A stretch of DNA of 64,000 bases, taken from positions 58,652,001-58,716,000 of the forward strand of contig OZ320315.1 of NCBI GenBank assembly GCA_976226885.1. The letters run 5' to 3'. Below, piece by piece: positions 20,206-31,205 of the stretch. A program made the position numbers and the translations under genes. Each line of letters opens with the position of its first letter. The first letter of the stretch is position 1. The notes under the pieces were generated by a model. It was given only the letters and a program-made list of their open reading frames with translations. It was not told the origin of the DNA and ran no database searches. This DNA comes from Iphione sp. A-MEVVRFRX5. Taxonomy: Eukaryota.

Positions 20206-21020
20206 GGCTCCGGGGCGGGGGCAGCGGTAGGGGCAGAACCAGAGGCTGTGGCATTAGCCTCTGCTGCTTGGCGGGCTGGGCACTCCCGCTTGAAGTGTCC
20301 GGGTTCGTGGCAGTAGAAACAGGCCCCCTCTGGAGCCCGACGGCGGCCCCGGCGGCTGGGAGTGGCCGGAGGCTGTTCCACCAACTTGAGCAGCAACTGC
20401 TCCACGCGCTCCCACGCCGGCGGGGCTGAGGCTGGCGCAGAGCGATTCGCGGCTACCGATTCTCCCTCCTCGGTGCGCGCGGCATGGACACGAGTGGTTG
20501 AGCCCGTCCCGGAGCGTTCCTTCTTGGCACGGTGGAAGGATTCGGCCAGTAACGCTTCGGACACCACCGACTGGAACGAGCGGGCCTTCGCTTGGACCAC
20601 CCAGCGACGGCTCCGCTCCTCCCTTAGTGCCGACACGAAGGCGTCCCGGCACATGCGGTCCAGCCAGGGTCCTTCTGCTTCCGGGTACGCCTGTCGCACC
20701 AAACGCTCAATGTCCTCCGCGAGCTTCTGGGCGTCCTCGTCCTTTCCCTGCCGCCTCTGCTTGAGTTCCTGCTCGTAGAAGGTGGCGCGGTCGGCCGACT
20801 GGAAACGATTCTTTAAGGCGTCCACGATCCGATCATACGCGCCTTCGGCTGCCACATCGATCCCAGCGGTACGAAGCGCCGACTGCGCCGACCTGCGCAA
20901 GCAGACGCTCAGTTGCAGGGCCTGCTCGGTCCGGTCCCAGCGGTTGGCCCGGGCTACCAGTCCGAAATGGTGTAGGTACTCGGCGAGGGGTACCGACCCA
21001 TCAAAGGTTTCGGGCTTCAC
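20175..21020 (-). CDS. gag: Gag core (capsid-like region and CCHC nucleocapsid knuckle)
   Basis: KPETFDG...EYLHHFGLVARANRW retrotransposon gag-like start and CFYCHEPGHFKREC (20321-20280). This frame has a stop at 21095-21093 and no ATG of its own. Confidence 0.92.
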   Translation of the reverse strand: MKPETFDGSVPLAEYLHHFGLVARANRWDRTEQALQLSVCLRRSAQSALRTAGIDVAAEGAYDRIVDALKNRFQSADRATFYEQELKQRRQGKDEDAQKLAEDIERLVRQAYPEAEGPWLDRMCRDAFVSALREERSRRWVVQAKARSFQSVVSEALLAESFHRAKKERSGTGSTTRVHAARTEEGESVAANRSAPASAPPAWERVEQLLLKLVEQPPATPSRRGRRRAPEGACFYCHEPGHFKRECPARQAAEANATASGSAPTAAPAPEPGNGGPPARA

Positions 21021-21657
21021 ATGGAAACGCCGTGCAGGGGTCGTAGCCGCGGGGGGTTGCCATCGACTGCAGGGCCTCCTGGAGGCCTGAAACTAAGCCC
21101 CGCACCAACTGTCCCCGGTCGTCCTCCCCCTCGGTCCTCGCAGAACTCGGCAAGGTCGTCACGGACCTAGGGCTGCTGTTAGCACTACCATCCGGTTCTG
21201 AACCGGCACCAGGCTCAGCCCGACGCGGTGGTGTAGCGGGTGGCTGGACAGTATCCCGAGCGCCCCTGGGTTGTCTGGCCGACGGTTGTGCTGCCTGCGG
21301 CTGTGTGGCCCCTGGGCCTTGGGGCGCGGCAGGCGGCTGCGCGGCGTTCTCCAGCTGCACGCCCTGCGGCTGGGCGTCTGGTGGCGGCACCCCCCTTGGT
21401 GAAGCGCCCCTGGGTTGTTCGGCCGGCGGTGGTGCTGCTTGCGGCTGGGCCGCCTGCGGTGGGGCCGTCCCTCGGCCCTGTGGTACGGCGTGCGGCTGCG
21501 CTGCATGCGGCTGTGATGCTGCACGCGGCTGTGGTGCTGCATGCGGCTGTGGTGCTGCATGCGGCTGCGCTGCTGCATGCGGCTGTGGTGCTGCATGCGG
21601 CTGTGGTGCTGCATGCGGCGTGCGGCCCAACTGGACTTCATCATCAGAACTCGACAT
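21001..21657 (-). CDS. gag: Pro/Gln/Ala-rich ORF; probable Gag N-terminus separated from the core by a one-base frameshift
   Basis: MSSSDDEVQLG..., about 7 copies of an 18-bp PQPHAA repeat (about 21490-21625). Removing one C from the C6 run at 21051-21056 gives ...LQSMATPAATTPARRFHVKPETFDG. Confidence 0.7.
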   Translation of the reverse strand: MSSSDDEVQLGRTPHAAPQPHAAPQPHAAAQPHAAPQPHAAPQPRAASQPHAAQPHAVPQGRGTAPPQAAQPQAAPPPAEQPRGASPRGVPPPDAQPQGVQLENAAQPPAAPQGPGATQPQAAQPSARQPRGARDTVQPPATPPRRAEPGAGSEPDGSANSSPRSVTTLPSSARTEGEDDRGQLVRGLVSGLQEALQSMATPRGYDPCTAFPCEARNL

Positions 21658-21763
21658 GCTGTCCCACTGGTCCGACTCCCCGGATACTTCCGGTGCGCCG
21701 GCCGGCCAGCGTCGGCGTCCTCTCCCCAACGACTGTCCCCGGCCATGTCCTGCGGTGGGCGAG

Positions 21764-21781
21764 ATCCCACCGCTGCCACCA
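21764..21781 (-). other. Primer-binding site complementary to the tRNA-Leu 3' end
   Basis: Minus strand TGGTGGCAGCGGTGGGAT, 1 nt after the 5' LTR. Its complement ATCCCACCGCTGCCACCA matches, from memory, the 3' end plus CCA of metazoan tRNA-Leu(AAG/TAG). Confidence 0.88.
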
Positions 21782-21782
21782 A

Positions 21783-22054
21783 TGTAGCGTTTCCCGTTAC
21801 GTAATAAAGACATGACCAAGTATTGAAACAGTAGGGTTTATTCCTGAGGAACAGCAGTAATGAACAGCACGGTGACCCAGGTCCAACTGACTGGATCCTC
21901 CCTGAGTAGCCCCTTATATACCCACCCCTAGGGGGCAGGGGAGGTGGGGAGTGCAGCACTCCGCACCCCCCCCGGTGCGTCCTGGTGCCGCACTCCGCAT
22001 GCAGCACTCAGCACCGGTGGGGCGCCTCCTGGTGCCGCACTCCGCAGCACCACA
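21783..22054 (-). repeat. 5' LTR (272 bp)
   Basis: TG...CA termini. On the minus strand TATATAA (21920-21914) lies upstream of AATAAA (21842-21837). Internal repeats GGTGCCGCACTCCGCA occur twice. Confidence 0.98.
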
Positions 22055-22634
22055 TTATCTTGTAAAAGTAAACAGGTAAAGTACTGGATTAAAGCACAAA
22101 GTGTATATCTGTTCAAGAGAAAAAAATGAAAAAAACTATTAGTACATGTACGATTTTCCTGAAAAAAGCGACGTGACCTGTCCTCAAATTTAAACAGATT
22201 GCTATCAATACATTCTACAGTGATGGTACACATCAAAGATCTCCATCTGTATTGTATGTCAGGGTACCGTCAATACGACTCTCAATTATATAGATGATAT
22301 CAATGCCAACGAACTTAAAAGTGTATGCCATCCTGCATTATTCATAAATACAGTACACATCCTAGCCTAATCCTAAAATGAAAATTGAAAGATACTCAAC
22401 ATGACTAGATCATGGGAGATAAAGCAAATTCAAATTCAGTGAAGAATTCCATTCAGCGGCACTATCCTCTTCGGCCCAAATCAGCTTTCCAATCTTACTT
22501 TAGGCCCCAAATTGATTCATTGTGGAGATGTCAGTAGTTGTTTTTGTAGCCCGATCATTGCTCAAACTGCTGGTAACAACTACTATAAGTCCGAAAAGAA
22601 AATTACAGGACTTTTAACAAGTTATATAAACATA

Positions 22635-22810
22635 CAGTGGAGACTCTATTTATGACCATCACTTGGGACCAAGCTCAAGTGGTTGTATTTGCGAATTTGG
22701 CTGTAAATCGATCACAATTTCTATAGAAACTATGATTGTTGTTCCCATCTCAGTTGGTCTCAAGTAGAGAATGGTCGCAAATCGATGTGGTCGCAAATGG
22801 GGTCTCACTG
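22635..22810. mobile_element. Tc1/mariner (pogo/Tigger-like) MITE, 176 bp
   Basis: TA flanks at 22633-34 and 22811-12. Imperfect TIRs: CAGTGGAGACTCTATTTATGACCA versus the reverse complement of the right end, CAGTGAGACCCCATTTGCGACCA. Confidence 0.7.
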
Positions 22811-25800
22811 TATATACAACTAAACATAGATGATTACAATGCAAACTCCATATCTTCTTAGACTATGTTTGTGTAACTGGAAATAATTGGATCACTTGTA
22901 TGTGGTACCAATCCACATCTATGCTTGTCATAATTGTTGGTAATATTGTCTCAGTAACAACTGCCATCATCATTTCCCAGTACAAAATTATTTTTGCTTT
23001 TTTCAATCAATATGGTTAAAATGTCAGTGCCAATTTCAGAAAGTAAAATACAGAGTGTATGGAATAAGCTAATGAAATGGTGGCAAAAAGAGATAATACC
23101 AAAAACAAACCAAAGATGTCAAAATTAATCATGTCGGTAGGCGAACTTTCCAAACGGCATTCGGAAAAAGGCATTTTCTAACAAGGATATGCTGAGCATG
23201 AATAAAGAGTATCACTTTAATGCATGACCTGCGACATTATGATATAATTGTTAAACCATGTAAGACATGTCAACTGGGTAAATGTATTTTGTTTATATTA
23301 ATGTCAATGGCCTAAAGCAACATGCAGATGACTGAAGGTCTTGCCATGCATTACTCGTTTTTATTGCATGCAATGTGATTGAAGGCTACGGTACTTAATT
23401 GTAACAGTGTGTATTCAGAACGCATACATGGGAAAGCACCGTGTATTATTCTATCATTGAAAGAGAAACGATGCTCGAGTGGTGGGAGATGGTGATTCTC
23501 AGCTAGCATCTCATGGACAAGCCTTTCATCATTTTTTGTCATTGATTTATTACGGGTCAAGCCTGAGTGAAAAGGACATTTAATTAAATAGTTTTTTTAG
23601 TATCCTCTGTCCTCATATCAGATATTACCATAAAAAAGAGAACATGAAGCATCATGTATTTCGGGAGGTGTAAAGTTTTACCTCTGGCCGACCTCGGTGA
23701 AAGATCGATGAGGTTGAACTGAGTCAAACATTGACAAAAAAGAGAGGGCGACCAACCAAATGGACGGGCATTCCTAGAGTAGCAGGATATTAATCTACTT
23801 TCCATCTGGTTAAAGTCAAGTATATTTCGCCATCACATATTTAATTCGAACTTGACATAAACTATGCACATAAATTTATGTTCATATAATTTATAGCCAT
23901 TCACTGATGAGCTGGTTTTGTTATCCAGTGGACCTTAGTGAATGCAATAGGTCTAACACCCACTGTTGGAATGCCACTTCTCCTATTGCCATGCATAGTC
24001 CTCCTGTAATTCAGAGCCTTTACATTCACGTTTAAGGGAATGTACACTCTCACATAGGCAATTGATCTATCTCTGGGATGCTTGAACATTGTCCATCCTT
24101 ACTAATCTTTGACTGCTGGAGACACTGAAGCCCTTACGCACTTCCTACCTAGGGAGACGTTTCATTGTTCTGCAAGGATCTGTGACTAATAAATGATTTA
24201 GAGGCTCCAGCCGCCGAAATAAAGTAAAATTGGACACTTTCCAAGCCTCCTAGAAATACATCAATTGTTTGCCGGTTTGCAAATAAATACATATGTTGCT
24301 TCCTTGGCTCTTGCATGGACCCCTCCACAAGTCTTTGACAGATATTTCTACCTGATATCTTGTTCACACACACAGCCTGGGTATTTTTAGACTAAAGTGC
24401 TTGTATACATTAACAGGAATCATATGATGGTTCTTTCCCACTCGACAGCGCTTAACTACCACCACTATCCTATCATAAAACTCCAGTTAATACCAATATT
24501 GCCACCAACACAGCCACTCATAGCAAACTCTCTCGGCGGCTTTTTCAGCACGGTATCCCATCACCCGTACTTCACCCGATTAATACCTAGAAGTAGAAAG
24601 CCTGCATATCTTCCAAAGAGAAGGAGCAATATGCCTATGGGAAAAACATACAGGGCGATAAGCGCCCATGGCATACCTGGAGGACAAGGCCATGTTCCTC
24701 CACACCAACGCTGGGTTAGTTTCGCGTCAGGCAACTAAGAGCCTCTTAGGGGGGGACGCAACAGGAATTGATATGGAACTCTGTGGCGGTGGAGCTACGT
24801 TAGCGATGTTATAAAACGCTTTGTCATATCTATGGTGCTCTACATGTGTATTCCCTCAGGATGTATGTGCAATAGACATTTTAGTCACCGCTGTGGTATA
24901 TTTCCCGCGCTTCGTCGTCTACCGATCAGATACAACTAGAATCTAACCCACACGCTGCTTTTCTTGTGTTTCTTTTCAAAGCAGCTATTATCCAACATTG
25001 TTCCTTTGAGGTTGAAGTTTTGTGTGAGTCTCTGGCTTATATATATATAAATATATGTTGCTTACAATACGCACAACGCCTTCCGTGGACCATCTCTCTA
25101 GAACATTCTTGTTTGAAATACAACTGTACGTATGGTTTGAAGGTACTGTCATCGTTCCTTGTGGTGATTACGTCTTGCGTTATAAGGAAAGTGCACCAAA
25201 CCAGAGCGGCCATTCTCTGTGCATATATATCATTTTCTTTCTTAGCGTGCATATACATTGTTATATTTCGAAGTTCGGCAACGTGCACATACTCGGATTC
25301 CCTGCAAAATGCGTTTGCCCACTTGATACTGTCGTCTTTTAGAAAAAAATACGTGCCCCTCGGGTTTATTCTAATATAAATATTTAGAATGATAAATATG
25401 AAACAGACTTCAAGGAAAAAGTTTCTATACATGTATACATATACATTTACCAGACGCGACCAGCACGACAAAGTAAAACATGTACTTATTAACCCGTGAT
25501 TTATCGCAGTGAAAATAATATATTGACTGAAAGCTTTGGCGGGAAGAACATCGTGAACGTACGATTGATGGTGACTTTGCAAAACAATTAGCAGATCACC
25601 GATAAAAACATTCCCAAGTGCACTGAAAACAATTACTATATTCTGACACAATATTTGATATCTATGCACAACAACCTTTTGGTTGGATAAAAATATTTCC
25701 CAAAGAAGGGATTATCATAAGTTCCGGTCGGATGACTTTCTGCGGTTTTCAAAACCTTATCAGATTTCCACCCCCCCCGCCCTCACAGGCAGGAGAACTC

Positions 25801-27573
25801 GATGGAAAAACTAAAAAAGCAATTAGGGCTAACCGAATACGAACAACATCTCCATGGAAAAGCTGCAACGGTTCTTTTATCATTCTTCTTCTGGAAGTCG
25901 ATTAAATTGCGTGACAAGCAAGCCCCTTGCCCTTTCTAATCTTTGCCGTTTGCACCATTATTTTTTAGAAGCAAGACAGCATCTCTAATCGATTAATATT
26001 TTTTATATAGTAAGTTGACTGGTGTGGGGAAGACTGCCAATTTGTATGAGATGTTACAGCCGGTGACTACAATGAAATTATTGACCATTCTACTGTTGTG
26101 AAAAAACATGTTTGCACCGAACCTCTTATTTGCCTAGCTTTGTTCTCATCGTCTCACATATTTACTCTGGGACGTGCTTTTAAGGCACACATGAAAAGAG
26201 GAAAGACTCTTTCGCAAATGTAACCGTTTTGATAAGATTTGAGCGGAAAGATGCATTTCTTTAAAAAAAACTAGAAGTTTCTTATCATGCCAGTTGCGTA
26301 AAAACTCCTTTCAAGGAAGATGAAATCCTTCGTGTTTGCTGCAGGCTGAGAGCTACCGAGACAGGTTTTCGGGTGGACCGAACCAGCAATACCAGCAAAG
26401 AAAGTGCTGCTGGGCTATAAGCGAGCGGTAGAACGATCCCCTGGTGCACCTGCTGATCATTTACTACGGTAATAAAGCGACTTGGCTCCTCTGGAATACA
26501 CCGTGGGAACGTCGATTGCTGGTTTCCCTCGCGCTACAGGAGGGGTGGAATGGGAACGTTCGACTTGAGGAGGGTTTTATCCCTCCCGCTCGCTGCATCC
26601 TCCTCACATCTCCTCTCATCCATTCTTGCTCCCTGGTGACCCCAGTGACCCGGCGCCTTGGTCTGCCTCACCAAGCCCCACCCTCTTGGTTAGTTGAGCT
26701 GTGCGTCCGCACGCAGGAAACCCCGTTCTGCATTGTAGATATTGGCCAATTACGGTTCTCATTCTCCCATTCTGCAATGTGCTATTCCAATCCTTTTGTT
26801 ATCAATTTTACCTCTGCATTATCGTGGGCCAAACGCTCGTGGTACTTATTCCCTCCAGATTTCCAGCAGAGTCTTGACATCCTGCAGGTTATCGGTACCT
26901 TTTGCGTAAATGGTAGCGCACGTGCATAGAATTGGTGGCACCTGGGGGTTGAAGTGGGTTAGTATCCTGCAGCTCCAGAAGAAATAACAGGCTCTGAGTA
27001 GAGTCAGAACATCACATGTTCATTTACTGACATGTAGTAGCAACGGTGAAAGCATATCAGTGAAAGGTATTTGGACTACTCAACCTACTTCTGTCTATCC
27101 ACATCGACTTTTTCTCAAGACTAGCCAATGTTGAAGTTTCGTTTTCACCTCAATAGTTTCTCCCCTGTGATCATCGTTGTGCTTTGACGTTGTCCTGTCC
27201 TGTAGAGAAAAAGAACTAGACATGTTTCACCACGAAAAAATACAAATCCGTATGATTGGATCGTAAGTTGGAAATAGGACTGTGATCTGATTAAGAAAAG
27301 AGATTTACAAATGTCCTCCCCTCCAATGATCACAGGAGACGCACGATAACGAGGCGGGGTGGGATGGGGTTTGGGGGGATGCTGGTAAACGCTTTAGTAG
27401 AAAGTAATTGGCATTTGGGCAGGCGCAGTTTCCATTGAATGCTGGATCCACCCGAGAAGGGTTTCGTTGGGGTGGGAAGAAGACCAGGTTGGAAGAAAAA
27501 CGAGGAGAAAAAAAAGAAGTAAACGGATGATAGCACATCGGAATGCGGTCGACGTCCAGAGCGTCTTCCACAG

Positions 27574-27834
27574 CCAATGGGAGCCGCTCTTGCGGGTCGA
27601 GACCACTTCCGGTTTATCGACGCATAAATCGGCGAGCTACATTCGTGTGGAAACTGAGTGTGGGTCGTTCCCCGGGCGCGGCTTTAGCCCAGACTATCAG
27701 CCACCTCCCGAACCCGCTCGGGACGCGCGACGTGCTTCGGGCTCAGCTGTAATCGCCAGGGATGTCATAATAGACAGCTGCTGAGTGCTACGAAGGTCTC
27801 GGCGCCTCCTTCAAGCTCGTCCCGTTGATAGTTG
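27574..27834 (+). promoter_or_regulatory. Possible CpG-rich promoter and non-coding first exon
   Basis: CCAAT (27574-78), ETS-type ACTTCCGG (27605-12), a CpG-dense stretch, and a donor-like TTG|GTGAGC at 27834/27835. Motif-only evidence. Confidence 0.25.
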
Positions 27835-30800
27835 GTGAGCAGGGGAGGAGTGTCGGAAGGGAAGTAGGGGAAGGATGAAAAAGTAACCGAGGTTGGCCTG
27901 GGGTGTGAGAGAGGGCGTGAAGATAGCGAGACCCAGTCGTTAAATCCGACAGGATTCGTTGTGATTACAGTTTACAGTCACACAGATGTAACGATTGGAT
28001 CAAAATGATGGTAGGGGACGATTATCTGAATGCTGGAGCTTCCACTAACTTCAGTATGTGTAAGAAAAAAACGATATAATTACTTGACTGAAAATAGAAA
28101 CGTCTGCAACGCACGTACTGGGATAAGCCAAAATACAATGCATCATATGTCAATTAAGTTTAAGAAGCCCTTTTGAGAGGACAATTATAGGCAATTCAGG
28201 CTTTTTGACGGGCTTGTGAAGTTTTGAGGCAAAAGAAGTCTTTTCAGGCTCCGTTAAGTTGGTCTCAAACTGATATGGTCATATCTGTTTCACTCTGTAA
28301 GATGTACGGACGTGTCTATTCGATGATAACCAGCATATGCCTGTATCCAGAAATATTTGATAAGTTTTGACGGCACTCAATCCTTTAATTCATTTCGGTC
28401 ATTTCACGGAGCTCTCTTCCTATGGAAGACTGGGTTCCCCTGTAAGGCCTGCCAGCCATAAACATTGGAATGATGCCGTTTATCTCACAAGTTGCAAGCA
28501 GTCTGACAAGTGCAAGCAGTTTCAGGCTGTGACCATCTTACTGTGCAAGGTATGCCGTTACACTCGAATGTTCCCAACGCAGACTTGCGCTATCATGATA
28601 CTGACTGGGCTACAGATCGTAAAGGCGAAGTGACTATAACCCTGTCTGAGCTACTAAGTTGATGGTATTCACTTCCTAACAAATATCGCTTTTACTACCT
28701 GGGCGTCTGCAAGCAATAAGGTTTAGCAGCTAACCGCAAAACCAGGAAAACCAAACACTTATGGCAAGTTTTTCGGGGTTTGTCTTACATTTAACGAATA
28801 AATTTTCCTATAGAACCTCCTGATTTTTAAGAAAAACTTCTTAACGGATGTATTTCTGAAGCAAAAAAAAAGGAATTTAAAATTTCTCAGTAAATGGATG
28901 ACATTATGTTTGAGCCCTGACACTATCCCAACCGGTTCAGAACCTTAGTGATGCTTGATTCATGTTGAAGCCGGCATATAGCCTAATATAAGGCGTACTT
29001 TGAGGACCACGAGTAAAATCGTGACACTTTTTGGTCGGATTTTTGGGTGATTGAGACACTGTTTTCTTGATTAGCAAGTCATATCGCAGCAAACCACACC
29101 AGACCCCATATGATCTGTCCAGAGGTGTTGACACATCCATTACCACACCATTCGATCACGATGAATGAGCGTCCGATGTAATTTTGCCGGGTAAAGCACT
29201 AATTAATAGAGTTAATTTGGCAGCGTATCTCTGGTATTACATCTGCTCTTCAATCAGTGTGAGACCATGGCCTCATGCGCCCAGTAGACTGCTGATAACC
29301 GGTACATTCTAAATAGCATCAGGATGGAAACGTGCCAATGCCTTTAATGGGAGAAGAGGCGATATGTAGAGAATTCCGCAAGTCATCCCTCACGAATGGC
29401 AATGGTGGTAGGCCGATGAAAGACCGATATAACGGATGTGTAGGCATTGAGTAATTAATTCGACAATAGTCATGGCATGCATGATCTCAAAGCATTTAAT
29501 CTATCACATTTACAAAAGCTACATTACTTATTAAATGAAAGGGGTGGAATATGCTACACCTAGGCAGATTTAATAAATCAGCGAATATAAACGTAAATTA
29601 GACTAGACGGGTAAAGAATGACGTCTGAAAATATAAAGAGATCCGCTCTACTAACAGATGCACTACTGACTAAAAATGCCGACATGGTGGAAGGTTATGA
29701 TCCTCTTTGGCACCAACTAACACGCATCAAAGAAAAAAGGAGGGACATACAGATAAAGCGCGCGCGCACCAGAGGCTGATTTGTTAGCGTTAGATCAGGA
29801 GAGGAGTTACTCACAATCCCTACACTATACCCCGCGCCCCACCGTCATCGACGCAAGCGGCAGGGAGTGCTCCAGAAGACCATATACAGCCACCAAAAGC
29901 TCCACCAAATAGGCGGGGACAGGCCGGCAAGTACAAGCGCACTGTACTAGGAAAAACATGCATTTGCACTCAGAGAGGCATTTTCGCTGAGAGAGGTGAG
30001 ATTGGCGTCTACCCGTCCCTGACCAGTTACCTTAATGAAGCTCAAAACATACGACAGCCGATAGTGTGGCGGGTTCGGTCTCATTTAGCCGGAACAACGT
30101 GCTTAGGGATTGGTCAGACGTCCACATCCCGAATTCCTACGGGTATCTGAAGCTTTCAACAAAAGATTGCTTTCACCGTTGTGGCTTCGCAGATGGCTTC
30201 CAGGAAGGTGCACCAATTAGGACAAAAATATAGCCAAATCGCTCCAGTTATATTGTGCTGAAAGGATAACCAAACACGTCTGCACTTACCTCCAGTCATT
30301 CCCTCAATTTTTTGTTTCTAGTTTGTTCTTTTTTAAATGTGATATTGCTTCTGTCGCGACATTCGATTTACTCACACAGCAGTCATAGTGAGCGACAGCA
30401 GTGTATATCAAAACGTGGCTGAAGGGCTCCACGAATACCGGGCCCCTGAAAGACGGCAAAGTCACTGTTAGCAGATGGCAGGAGTCATCCATAGATCAGG
30501 GACCGGCGCGGCTCTGGGCGTGAAAACACCGAGAGCGTCCGATGATTGATGGGCGAACCGAGTCCAGCATCTACGCCGGTTGACCGCATCCGGAGGTCTG
30601 CAGCTCTGATCAGAGGTGGCACTACCCTAGCCGCACATCCCTTCCCCCTAATGCCACACAAAGAAAGCGGCGGGGCGGCTCTCTGTCACTCGGCCGAGCA
30701 CCCAAGTGTGAACAGGCGTGCCCCTTAAATGTGGATAAGGCACTCTTGGGAAGTCCTCTGTCCACCCTCACGAAATCGTCCCTTCCACTTGGACCTCCTG

Positions 30801-30955
30801 CCACGTAGGCCTAATGGTCTGTTCAGTCCAATATTTCAGGCTGTTCTTACGTTCCTATCCATCACCCATCGATTTCTGCACAGCCCTCAGAATTTTCACC
30901 TTTACGATCGTGAAAATTGAATTCTGTATGCCGATGCTAAATGCCACTGAATATA

Positions 30956-31205
30956 CACAGCCAAAATCATTTTCTTGTCAGAAATAAATATTAAAATAAG
31001 AAAAAAGGTTAAGGTGAGACAAACGCGTTTTTCTCATGAATAATATATTTAACATCATTCTCAAAACATAGACATAGAACAGTTTTCTTATGTAACAGAA
31101 AATTATTCTTATGTTCATTTGCTTGTTTGTCCAAGGGGCAAGAACATTTTTCTTAAATATGAACTAAGAAATATTCTTAATTCACGAAATTGATTTTTGG
31201 CTATG
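30956..31205. mobile_element. Non-autonomous TIR DNA element (CAC-ended MITE), 250 bp
   Basis: TA flanks. The left end CACAGCCAAAATCATTTTCTTG matches the reverse complement of the right end, CATAGCCAAAAATCAATTTCGTG. AT-rich non-coding interior. Confidence 0.6.

Larger units (their letters stand above)
12439..22054 (-). mobile_element. Full-length Ty3/Gypsy (Metaviridae-type) LTR retrotransposon, 9616 bp, with an extra 3' coding region
   Basis: Paired TG...CA LTRs and a 4-bp TSD TTAT (12435-12438 and 22055-22058). It has a PBS, a PPT, gag with CCHC, and pol in the Gypsy order PR-RT-RH-IN. Confidence 0.98.

Noticed and set aside
21490-21625. Regular 18-bp repeat array, considered along with the 31-bp and 41-bp arrays as CRISPR-like
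   Set aside because: Head-to-tail tandem units with no unique spacers, in a eukaryotic context; the 18-mer is coding repeat within gag.
12911-21815. Numerous plus-strand and alternative-frame ORFs inside the Gypsy (for example 14249-14923, 14936-15601 and 19098-19928)
   Set aside because: Shadow ORFs expected from GC-rich coding sequence on the opposite strand; no motifs.
23920-23960. CTGATGA followed by a CTGG/CCAG hairpin (hammerhead-like)
   Set aside because: The required GAAA after helix II is absent (TGGAC instead).
24560-24700. Minus-strand LYVFPIG phrase resembling the DIRS methyltransferase-like YAFPP motif
   Set aside because: A single weak motif with no flanking DIRS features.
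26444-26929. 161-aa plus-strand ORF and decayed antisense coding-like text
   Set aside because: No domain recognised in either strand; cannot be assigned.
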